From Mycobacterium tuberculosis H37Rv (GTDB lineage Bacteria > Actinomycetota > Actinomycetes > Mycobacteriales > Mycobacteriaceae): 32,000 bases of DNA. Below the pieces are notes generated by a model. That model searched no databases. It saw only the letters and a program-made list of their open reading frames with translations, and had not been told where the DNA came from. The position numbers were made by a program, and so were the translations under genes. Numbering within the stretch: position 1 is the first letter of the stretch; each line of letters begins with the position of its first letter. The stretch covers positions 2,850,001 to 2,882,000 of the forward strand of contig NC_000962.3 in the NCBI RefSeq assembly GCF_000195955.2, given 5' to 3'. Of the stretch, positions 8,727 through 20,364 are shown piece by piece.

Positions 8727-9290
8727 TCAGGCGTTGACCCGGCCCAGGTAGCTACCGTCGCGCGAATCCACCTTTAGTTTGTCTCCGGTATTGATGAACA
8801 GCGGCACGTTGATCTGGGCTCCGGTCTGAAGGGTGGCCGGCTTGGTGCCCGCGCTGGACCGGTCGCCCTGCAAGCCGGGCTCGGTGTGAGTGACCTCGAG
8901 CTCGACGGTCACCGGCAGCTCGATGTATAGCGGCACGCCGTTGTGGAACGCCACCTGCACCGGCATGCCCTCCAGCAGGAACCGTGCCGCGTCCCCGACC
9001 AGGGCCTCCGGCAGCGGGTGCTGCTCGTAGTCTTGGCTGTCCATGAACACGAAGTCCGAGCCGTCGCGGTAAAGGTAGGTGGTATCGCGCCGGTCGACGG
9101 TGGCGGTGTCCACCTTCACCCCGGCGTTGAACGTCTTGTCGACGACCTTGCCCGAGAGCACGTTCTTCAACTTGGTGCGCACGAACGCCGGACCCTTGCC
9201 CGGTTTGACGTGCTGGAACTCGGTGATTGTCCACAGCTGGCCGTCGATTACCAGGACCAGCCCGTTCTTGAAGTCAGCAGTGGTCGCCAC
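8727..9290 (-). CDS. efp: Elongation factor P
   Basis: [57 protein letters not shown]..., 187 aa. Confidence 0.98.
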
Positions 9291-9299
9291 GTGGGTCTC

Positions 9300-10418
9300 C
9301 TACAGAATGGCCAGTTCTTTGGGGAACCGGGTCAACAATTCCGGGGTCTGCCCGGCGGTTTCAGGCATTTTCGGCGTCCCGCCAGCCACTACCAATGTGT
9401 CCTCGATGCGGACACCGCCGCGGCCGGGTAAATAGACACCGGGCTCCACGGTCACCACGGAGCCCGCCAGTAGTGTACCGGCGGATGTGACCCCGATGCC
9501 CGGCGCTTCATGTATCTGCAGGCCAACACCGTGTCCCAGTCCGTGACCGAAGTGCTCGCCGTAGCCGGCGTCGGCGATCAGCTGGCGCGCTGCAGCGTCC
9601 ACCCCCCGCAGCTCGGCACCCGGCAGCAACGCCTGCCGACCGGCCTGTTGCGCCTCGGCCACCAGCTGATAGATCTCTAGCTGCCAGTCGGCGGCCTTGC
9701 CCAACACGAAGGTGCGGGTCATATCGGAGTGGTACCCGGCGACCAGGGCGCCGAAGTCGATCTTCACGAAATCGCCGACCTGCAGCACCGCGTCGGTCGG
9801 CCGGTGGTGCGGGATCGCCGAATTGGCCCCGGCAGCCACGATCGTCTCGAATGACACCGCGTCAGCGCCATGATCGAGCATCAGGGCCTCCAGCTCGCGG
9901 CTCACCTGCCGTTCGGTTCGGCCCGGCCGCAGGCCGCCGCGGGCCACCAAGTCGGTCAGCGCGGCATCGGCTGCTTCGCAGGCTAGTCGCAGCAGCGCCA
10001 GCTCGCCGGCGTCTTTAACCTCGCGCAGTGACTCCACAGTTCCGGATGCCCGCACCAACTCGGTGTTCTTGCCCTCCAGCGCGCCCGCCAAGGCGTCCAG
10101 GCCGTCCACCGTGACCACGTGGCTCTCGAAGCCCAGCTTTCCCACGCCGGCCTCGCCGGCCCGGCCGGCCAGGTAGCGCCCGACCGCGCGCTCGATAGCC
10201 ACTTCGAGGTCGGGCGCTTGCGAGGCGGCCTGAGTGCGGTACCGGCCGTCGGTGGCCAACACGGCATCGCGCTCATCGGCGAACACCAGCAATGCGCCGT
10301 TGGACCCGCTGAAGCCTGATAGATATCGCACGTTTATCAGGTCGCTGATCAGCATCGCATCCAACCCGGAGGCAGCGATTTGTGCTTTCAGCTTGTCTCG
10401 ACGCTGGGAATGTGTCAC
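9300..10418 (-). CDS. pepQ: Xaa-Pro dipeptidase / M24 metallopeptidase PepQ
   Basis: 372 aa with M24 metal-binding motifs ...GDFVKIDFGALVAGYHSDMTRTF... and ...GHGLGHGVGLQIHEAPG.... Confidence 0.96.
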   Translation of the reverse strand: MTHSQRRDKLKAQIAASGLDAMLISDLINVRYLSGFSGSNGALLVFADERDAVLATDGRYRTQAASQAPDLEVAIERAVGRYLAGRAGEAGVGKLGFESHVVTVDGLDALAGALEGKNTELVRASGTVESLREVKDAGELALLRLACEAADAALTDLVARGGLRPGRTERQVSRELEALMLDHGADAVSFETIVAAGANSAIPHHRPTDAVLQVGDFVKIDFGALVAGYHSDMTRTFVLGKAADWQLEIYQLVAEAQQAGRQALLPGAELRGVDAAARQLIADAGYGEHFGHGLGHGVGLQIHEAPGIGVTSAGTLLAGSVVTVEPGVYLPGRGGVRIEDTLVVAGGTPKMPETAGQTPELLTRFPKELAIL

Positions 10419-10451
10419 GACCCTTGACGGTACTCGCTACGCTGAATGCCC

Positions 10452-11144
10452 ATGACTAACTGGATGCTGCGCGGGTTGGCGTTCGCCGCCGCGATGGTGG
10501 TTCTCCGCCTGTTCCAGGGGGCATTGATCAACGCGTGGCAGATGCTGTCCGGGCTGATCAGCCTGGTGCTACTGCTGCTCTTCGCGATCGGAGGGGTGGT
10601 GTGGGGTGTGATGGACGGGCGCGCCGACGCCAAGGCGAGCCCTGACCCCGACCGCCGCCAAGACCTGGCCATGACCTGGCTGTTGGCCGGCCTGGTAGCC
10701 GGCGCGCTCAGCGGCGCGGTGGCCTGGCTCATTTCGCTGTTCTACAAAGCGATCTACACCGGGGGCCCAATCAACGAGCTGACCACGTTCGCGGCCTTCA
10801 CCGCGCTCATCGTCTTTCTGGTCGGGATCGTCGGGGTAGCCGTGGGCCGGTGGCTGGTGGACCGGCAGCTGGCGAAGGCACCGGTGCGACACCACGGGCT
10901 TGCCGCTGAACACGAGCGGGCCGCCGACACCGATGTATTCTCCGCCGTTCGCGCCGACGACAGTCCGACCGGGGAGATGCAGGTCGCGCAGCCTGAGGCA
11001 CAAACCGCGGCCGTCGCCACGGTCGAACGTGAGGCACCCACCGAGGTGATCCGCACCACCGAAAGCGATACACCCACCGAGGTTATCCGCACCGACACCG
11101 AGGCGGACCAGACCAAGCCCGGCGACGAGCCCAAGAAGGATTAA
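10452..11144 (+). CDS. Transmembrane protein (Rv2536-like)
   Basis: MTNWMLRGLAFAAAMVVLRLFQGAL..., several hydrophobic segments then an acidic Thr-rich tail with repeated PTEVIRT. Confidence 0.88.
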   Translation: MTNWMLRGLAFAAAMVVLRLFQGALINAWQMLSGLISLVLLLLFAIGGVVWGVMDGRADAKASPDPDRRQDLAMTWLLAGLVAGALSGAVAWLISLFYKAIYTGGPINELTTFAAFTALIVFLVGIVGVAVGRWLVDRQLAKAPVRHHGLAAEHERAADTDVFSAVRADDSPTGEMQVAQPEAQTAAVATVEREAPTEVIRTTESDTPTEVIRTDTEADQTKPGDEPKKD

Positions 11145-11147
11145 CCC

Positions 11148-14412
<3,265 letters not shown>

Positions 14413-14426
14413 CTGACCATCTTCCC

Positions 14427-14834
14427 ATGCGCCGCCGGCGGCCACCGCACGTCAACGCACCCACTCCGTGCGATCGCGGTGATGTGCGGCCCCCCGGATG
14501 CCCCGCTAGCATCCCTGGCGTGGAAGTGGCTGGCGGCACCCGGGCCCGGCTGCGGGTCACAGCCGATGGTTTGCAGGCGCTGGCCGGGCGGTGCGCGACC
14601 CTGGCCGGCGAATTGTCGGCCGCGGTCGCGCCGTCGGGGGCGGTGTTGTCGTGGCAGGCCAACGCGGTCGCGGTGAACGCCGCGCATGCCCGCGCGGGTG
14701 CGGCCGCCGCGGCTGTGAGCGCCCGAATGCGGGCCACCGCCGCCGCGCTGGGGCAGGCCGCCCGCCGGTACGCGGGCCAGGACACCGCAGCGGCGGCCGC
14801 CCTGGGGGCGGTACGCCCGTGGGGGACCCACTGA
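14427..14834 (+). CDS. Small Ala-rich protein (Rv2541-like) resembling EspC / DUF2580 type VII secretion-associated proteins
   Basis: ...[84 protein letters not shown]...; stop TGA overlaps ATG at 14834. Confidence 0.75.
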   Translation: MRRRRPPHVNAPTPCDRGDVRPPGCPASIPGVEVAGGTRARLRVTADGLQALAGRCATLAGELSAAVAPSGAVLSWQANAVAVNAAHARAGAAAAAVSARMRATAAALGQAARRYAGQDTAAAAALGAVRPWGTH

Positions 14835-15129
14835 TGGCTACGTCGGGGCTGCCGCCGCTGTCGGCGGTGCAGTCGACGAGCTTTGCGCATCTGAGCGAGG
14901 CCGCCGCCCACTGGCGGCGGCTGGCCACGCGGTGGGAGCGCGCCTTAGCCGAGGTGCGCGATTCGATGCGCCGACCCGGCGGCACCGACTGGGAGGGCCA
15001 GGCCGCGGCCCGCGCCCACTACCGGTCGACCGTCGACGTGGTGACGATCGGTCGCGCGGTGGACCGGCTGCATGACGCCGCCGCCGTCGCCGGCCGGGGG
15101 AAGACCAGCTGGAGGCCAACCGGCGGGCG

Positions 15130-16341
15130 GTGCTGGACGCTGTCAGCGACGCCCGCCGGGACGGGTTTGCCGTCGGTGAGGATTACACGGTCACCGACCG
15201 CTCCACGGGTGGCTCACGCCAGCAGCGGGCGGCGCGTCTGGGCCAAGCCCAGGGGCACGCCGACTTTATCCGGCATCGGGTGGGCGCGCTGCTGGCCACC
15301 GACCGCGATATCGCGACCCGGGTCAGCGCCGCCACCCAAGGCCTCGATGAGCTGGCGTTCGAAGACGTGCCCGGGGTCGACACCCCGGCCGAGGATGGGG
15401 TGCAGGCGGTGGATTTCCGCCAGGCCCCGCCACCGGGAGCCCCCGGGGGCATGTCCTCCGGCGACATCGACGCGATCGACGCGGCCAATCGCGCCCTGCT
15501 GCAAGACATGCTGGCGGAGTACAGCCGGCTGCCCGACGGGCAGGTGAAAACCGACCGGCTGGCCGACATCGCGGCCATCCAAGAGGCGCTGAGGGTGCCC
15601 GACTCGCATTTGATCTATGTGGCCAGGCCGGACGACCCCGCCGACATGATCCCGGCGGTCACCGCGGTCGGCGATCCGTTCACCGCCGATCACGTGTCGG
15701 TGACGGTCCCCGGGGTGTCGGGAACCACCCGTCAGACCATCGCCACCATGACCCAAGAAACCCGTGGGCTACGAGAAGAAGCGAGAGTGATCGCCCACAG
15801 CGTGGGTGAAAGTGAGAATGTGGCGACCATAGCGTGGGTGGGGTATCAGCCGCCGCCGGTGCTCGCGTCGTGGAACACCGTTGATGACGATCTCGCGCAG
15901 GCCGGCGCTCCGAAGTTGGAGGCGTTTTTGCGGGATCTGCAGGCGGGATCGCACAATCCGGGTCACACGACGGCGTTGTTCGGGCATTCCTACGGGTCGT
16001 TGCTGTCGGGGATCGCGTTGAAGGATGGCGCCAGTTCACTGGTCGACAATGCGGTGCTGTATGGCTCGCCGGGGTTTGACGCGACCTCACCGGCCAAGCT
16101 GGGCATGAACGACCACAACTTCTTCGTGATGACCACACCCGATGACCCCATCCGGTATCCGGCGCGCCTGGCACCCCTGCACGGGTGGGGATCAGACGGC
16201 GCCGACACCATCGGCACTGTAGGCCGCCAAGGCACCCCTGCACGGGTGGGGATCAGACCCCAACGAGATCATCGCCGGATCCCCGGACCGCTACCGCTTC
16301 ACCCATCTGCAGACCGACGCGGGATCCACTCCGCTGGGTGA
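15130..16341 (+). CDS. Residual ORF of the alpha/beta hydrolase (Rv2542-like, 403 aa)
   Basis: Longest intact ORF in the track; contains the GHSYGS nucleophile elbow; its C-terminal ~45 aa are probably out-of-frame sequence. Confidence 0.65.
   Translation: MLDAVSDARRDGFAVGEDYTVTDRSTGGSRQQRAARLGQAQGHADFIRHRVGALLATDRDIATRVSAATQGLDELAFEDVPGVDTPAEDGVQAVDFRQAPPPGAPGGMSSGDIDAIDAANRALLQDMLAEYSRLPDGQVKTDRLADIAAIQEALRVPDSHLIYVARPDDPADMIPAVTAVGDPFTADHVSVTVPGVSGTTRQTIATMTQETRGLREEARVIAHSVGESENVATIAWVGYQPPPVLASWNTVDDDLAQAGAPKLEAFLRDLQAGSHNPGHTTALFGHSYGSLLSGIALKDGASSLVDNAVLYGSPGFDATSPAKLGMNDHNFFVMTTPDDPIRYPARLAPLHGWGSDGADTIGTVGRQGTPARVGIRPQRDHRRIPGPLPLHPSADRRGIHSAG
16170..16258 (+). repeat. 28-bp direct repeats (16170-16197 and 16231-16258), 61-bp period
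   Basis: ggcacccctgcacgggtggggatcagac occurs twice exactly. Confidence 0.95.
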
Positions 16342-16467
16342 TCACAAGACCGCCGCCAGCGGGCACTCGCAATACGGCCAAGACCCGCTGCAACGGATGA
16401 CCGGCTACAACCTGGCGACCATCCTGCTCAACCGGCCCGATCTGGCGGTGCGCGAAAGCCCACAGCA

Positions 16468-17127
16468 GTGATCGCACCACAACCGATTTCCCGAACGCTC
16501 CCGCGGTGGCAGCGCATCGTCGCGCTGACCATGATCGGCATATCAACCGCCCTGATAGGTGGCTGCACCATGGATCACAACCCTGACACATCACGGCGCC
16601 TGACCGGCGAGCAGAAGATCCAGCTCATCGACAGCATGCGCAACAAGGGCTCCTACGAGGCCGCCCGGGAGCGCCTAACCGCCACCGCCCGGATCATCGC
16701 CGACCGCGTCAGTGCGGCCATCCCGGGCCAAACCTGGAAATTCGACGACGATCCCAACATACAACAGTCTGACCGAAACGGAGCACTGTGCGACAAGCTC
16801 ACCGCGGATATCGCGCGGCGGCCGATCGCCAACAGCGTAATGTTCGGCGCCACGTTCTCGGCCGAGGACTTCAAGATTGCCGCCAATATCGTGCGGGAGG
16901 AAGCCGCCAAGTACGGTGCGACCACCGAGTCGTCGCTATTTAACGAATCGGCCAAGCGCGACTACGACGTGCAGGGCAACGGCTACGAATTCCGACTCCT
17001 GCAAATCAAATTCGCCACACTTAACATCACCGGCGATTGTTTTCTGTTGCAGAAGGTGCTCGACCTGCCGGCCGGACAACTCCCCCCGGAACCACCCATC
17101 TGGCCAACGACCTCGACGCCACATTGA
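16468..17127 (+). CDS. lppA: Lipoprotein LppA
   Basis: [40 protein letters not shown]...; lipobox LIGGC; 219 aa. Confidence 0.95.
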   Translation: MIAPQPISRTLPRWQRIVALTMIGISTALIGGCTMDHNPDTSRRLTGEQKIQLIDSMRNKGSYEAARERLTATARIIADRVSAAIPGQTWKFDDDPNIQQSDRNGALCDKLTADIARRPIANSVMFGATFSAEDFKIAANIVREEAAKYGATTESSLFNESAKRDYDVQGNGYEFRLLQIKFATLNITGDCFLLQKVLDLPAGQLPPEPPIWPTTSTPH

Positions 17128-17779
17128 TCGCACCACAACCGATTCCCCGAACGCTCCCACGGTGGCAGCGCATCGTCGCGCTGACCATGATCGGCATATC
17201 AACCGCCCTGATAGGTGGCTGCACAATGGGCCAAAACCCCGACAAATCACCGCACCTGACCGGCGAGCAGAAGATCCAGCTCATCGACAGCATGCGCCAC
17301 AAAGGCTCCTACGAGGCCGCCCGGGAACGCCTCACCGCCACCGCCCAGATCATCGCCGACCGCGTCAGTGCGGCCATCCCGGGCCAAACCTGGAAATTCA
17401 ACGACGACTCCTACGGCCAAGACTTCTATAGAAATGGATCGTTGTGTAAGGAACTCAGTGCCGATATCGCCCGGCGGCCGATGGCCAAACCGGTTGACTT
17501 CGGTAGCACATTCTCGGCGGAAGACTTCAAGATTGCCGCCAATATCGTGCGAGAGGAAGCCGCCAAGTACGGTGTGACCACCGAGTCGTCGCTGTTTAAC
17601 GAATCGGCCAAACGCGACTACGACGTGCAGGGCAACGGCTACGAATTCAACCTGGGCCAAATCAAATTCGCCACACTTAACATCACCGGCGACTGTTTTC
17701 TGTTGCAGAAGGTGCTCGACCTGCCGGCCGGACAACTCCCCCCCGAACCACCCATTTGGCCGACGACCTCGACGCCAAC
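16468..17779 (+). repeat. Tandem ~656-bp duplication covering lppA/lppB
   Basis: Sequence from 16468 recurs from 17124 (offset 656) with scattered substitutions and one short divergent stretch in the middle. Confidence 0.93.
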
Positions 17780-17786
17780 CCCGTGA
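17124..17786 (+). CDS. lppB: Lipoprotein LppB
   Basis: TTG start; (L)[41 protein letters not shown]...; near copy of LppA. Confidence 0.94.
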
Positions 17787-17941
17787 GCACCACCATCGTT
17801 GCTGGCGTGATCCAGGGTCACCTGCCGGTGATCCTGCCCACGCGCAGGCGGGCTCGCGATCTCGGGCACACGACGGCGTTATTTCGGGCGCAAACGCTCC
17901 AATGCATATATCTCAGTATCGAATACCTATATGTTTGCTCC

Positions 17942-18154
17942 ATGTCTCGGCGTACAACGATCGACATCGATGACATACTGCTGGCCCGCGCGCAAGCGGC
18001 GCTCGGTACCACCGGGCTGAAGGACAGGGTCGATGCCGCTTTGCGAGCCGCGGTGCGCTAGTCGGCGCGCACTCGGCTCGCCGCGCGAATCGCCTCGGGT
18101 GCCGGCATCGATCGGTCCGAGGCGCTGCTTGCCCAGACGCGTCCCGCGCGGTGA
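17942..18154 (+). pseudogene. vapB18: VapB18 antitoxin interrupted by in-frame TAG (18059-18061); annotated ORF probably 17783-18061
   Basis: [69 protein letters not shown]; second stop TGA 18152-18154 overlaps vapC18 ATG 18154. Confidence 0.8.
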
Positions 18155-18567
18155 TGGTGTTCTGCGTCGACACCAGCGCGTGGCATCACGCGGCGCGGCC
18201 GGAAGTTGCGCGCCGATGGTTGGCGGCCTTGTCCGCGGACCAGATCGGCATCTGCGACCACGTGCGGTTGGAGATCCTGTACTCGGCGAACTCCGCTACC
18301 GACTACGACGCGCTCGCCGACGAACTCGACGGCTTGGCCCGTATACCAGTCGGTGCCGAAACCTTTACGCGCGCATGCCAAGTCCAGCGTGAGCTTGCCC
18401 ACGTCGCCGGTCTGCATCACCGCAGCGTGAAGATCGCCGATCTTGTCATCGCCGCGGCGGCCGAACTTTCAGGCACCATCGTGTGGCATTACGACGAGAA
18501 CTATGACCGGGTCGCCGCCATCACCGGCCAACCTACGGAGTGGATCGTGCCGCGCGGGACCCTTTAA
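18154..18567 (+). CDS. vapC18: VapC18 PIN-domain toxin
   Basis: [26 protein letters not shown]...[29 protein letters not shown]; full length. Confidence 0.94.
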
Positions 18568-18605
18568 CCGCTGATAGGCGCCATCACTGGATGTATGGTG
18601 ATGTC

Positions 18606-18863
18606 ATGCGGACTCAGGTGACCCTGGGCAAAGAGGAGCTTGAGCTGCTCGATCGTGCCGCCAAGGCGAGTGGCGCATCGCGGTCCGAACTCATCCGACG
18701 CGCAATTCACCGTGCCTACGGGACTGGATCCAAGCAGGAACGGCTCGCCGCGCTCGACCACAGCCGTGGCTCGTGGCGAGGACGGGACTTCACCGGCACC
18801 GAGTATGTCGACGCCATTCGGGGCGACCTCAACGAACGACTTGCTCGGCTCGGTCTGGCGTGA
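18606..18863 (+). CDS. vapB19: VapB19 antitoxin
   Basis: [39 protein letters not shown]...; ribbon-helix-helix pattern. Confidence 0.94.
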
Positions 18864-19237
18864 AGCTGATCGACACCACCATCGCGGTCGACCACCTTCG
18901 CGGCGAACCCGCGGCAGCCGTGCTGCTCGCCGAACTGATAAACAACGGTGAGGAGATCGCGGCCAGCGAGCTGGTCCGATTCGAACTCCTCGCCGGTGTG
19001 CGGGAAAGCGAACTCGCGGCGCTCGAGGCCTTCTTCTCGGCAGTGGTGTGGACCCTGGTGACCGAGGACATTGCCCGGATCGGCGGACGACTCGCCCGTC
19101 GATACCGGTCCAGCCACCGCGGTATCGACGACGTGGACTACCTGATCGCTGCGACCGCCATTGTGGTCGACGCCGACCTGCTCACCACCAATGTGCGCCA
19201 CTTCCCGATGTTCCCGGATCTGCAGCCGCCGTACTGA
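18860..19237 (+). CDS. vapC19: VapC19 PIN-domain toxin
   Basis: GTG start overlapping vapB19; [26 protein letters not shown]...[29 protein letters not shown]. Confidence 0.95.
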
Positions 19238-19252
19238 GCACTCCCTGGGGCA

Positions 19253-19627
19253 TCAGCCTTGGTCGGCGATGAGTTGTTCGATGAGCTCGACGATGCGCTG
19301 TTGGCCGGCGGCGGCCCCGTCCAGCTTGCCTCGCATCTCGGTGAATCCGTCGTCGACTCGACTAAAACGTTCTTCTACGTGACTGAAACGTTCGGTCATC
19401 TCTTCCCGCAGGGCGGTGAAATCTTCTCGCAGGGCGTTGAAGCTACCGATTGTAGCTCGCCGGAAGTCGCGGAACTCGCCAACGAACTCCGTGACATCGC
19501 GATCGGCCGCGCCGGCTAGCACGCGAGCGGCGGCGGCATCCTGTTCGCTGGCCCGCACGCGGTCAGCCAGCTCACGCACTTGGGATTCCAGCGCGGTGAC
19601 CCGTTGTTCGAGGTTCTCGGGCAGCAC
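19253..19627 (-). CDS. Short coiled-coil protein (Rv2548A-like)
   Basis: MLPENLEQRVTALESQVRELADRVRASEQ...GSFNALREDFTALREEMTERFSHVEERFSRVDDGFTEMRGKL...; heptad-like repeats. Confidence 0.75.
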   Translation of the reverse strand: MLPENLEQRVTALESQVRELADRVRASEQDAAAARVLAGAADRDVTEFVGEFRDFRRATIGSFNALREDFTALREEMTERFSHVEERFSRVDDGFTEMRGKLDGAAAGQQRIVELIEQLIADQG

Positions 19628-19726
19628 GAGCGAATCCTACCGCGATTCAACGCAACGCAGCCCTGTCCCGGGCGGACACCGGCATTGGGTGCACGTCGGA
19701 TAAGCAGGGCTGAGCGGGGCTCGGCT

Positions 19727-20122
19727 CTACTCGGGTCTTACCTCGACAAATCCGGCCGCGCTGAAGTCACCATCGAAGGCATACGCATTTTGGATGCCTT
19801 TCTTTCGCATCACCGCGAAGCTCGTGGCATCGACGAACGAGTACTCTCGCTCGTCGTGGCGTACAAGCCATTCCCATGCCTGCTCTTCCAGGTCGGCTGT
19901 TACGTGCTCGACGCGAACGACGGTGCTCAAGCGGATTGCAGCGGCGGCAACCGCCGCGCGGTGACCGCAGCGCCGGTTGAGCAGCGTCCAGGTCTCGCCC
20001 AGGACATGGTTGGAGGTCATCACCACGGGCGGTTTGCTGGCCCACAACCTCTTCGCGGTGCCGTGCCGAGCGTCGCCGGCGTTGCCAAGTGCAGCCCAGA
20101 AGGACGTGTCGACGAAGATCAT
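19727..20122 (-). CDS. vapC20: VapC20 PIN-domain toxin (family reported to cleave the 23S rRNA sarcin-ricin loop)
   Basis: MIFVDTSFWAALGNAGDARHGTAKRLWAS...REYSFVDATSFAVMRKKGIQNAYAFDGDFSAAGF. Confidence 0.95.
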   Translation of the reverse strand: MIFVDTSFWAALGNAGDARHGTAKRLWASKPPVVMTSNHVLGETWTLLNRRCGHRAAVAAAAIRLSTVVRVEHVTADLEEQAWEWLVRHDEREYSFVDATSFAVMRKKGIQNAYAFDGDFSAAGFVEVRPE

Positions 20123-20364
20123 TCGTGCTTTCCGTAAACCACGTCGTCGACGGACGCGGACAAGTCGGCTTCCCCCACGAACGATCCGACGAAGGCATCG
20201 ACCGGATCTGGGCCCGGCTGCCGGAGGTGCTCAGCGACGTACTCCCGGATCAGCGCCGCCTTCGACGTCCGCCGCCGTCGCGCTTCAACAGCAAGCGCTC
20301 GGTCAACGTCTTCGTCGATGTAGATCTGCAGCCTTTTCACATGGCAAATATACGCCACTAGCAT
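20119..20364 (-). CDS. vapB20: VapB20 antitoxin
   Basis: MLVAYICHVKRLQIYIDEDVDRALAVEARRRRTSKAALIREYVAEHL...; alternative start GTG at 20340 (MKRLQIYI...). Confidence 0.93.
   Translation of the reverse strand: MLVAYICHVKRLQIYIDEDVDRALAVEARRRRTSKAALIREYVAEHLRQPGPDPVDAFVGSFVGEADLSASVDDVVYGKHE

Larger units (their letters stand above)
14834..16471 (+). pseudogene. Reconstructed full-length DUF1023-type alpha/beta hydrolase gene, apparently broken by two lesions (residual ORF is Rv2542-like)
   Basis: Frame 14834: [38 protein letters not shown]...TDWEGQAAARAHY...AVDRLHDAAAVAGRGK; then ORF 15130 frame ...DQLEANRRAVLDAVSDARRDGFAVGEDYTVTDRS...ALFGHSYGSLLSG...; then after 16258 frame ...GSDPNEIIAGSPDRYRFTHLQTDAGSTPLGDHKTAASGHSQYGQ...RESPQQ* ending 16471. 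Confidence 0.78.

Noticed and set aside
10424-10443. TTGACG ... TACGCT as sigma-A promoter for Rv2536
   Set aside because: Spacing is only 8 nt, incompatible with a -35/-10 pair.
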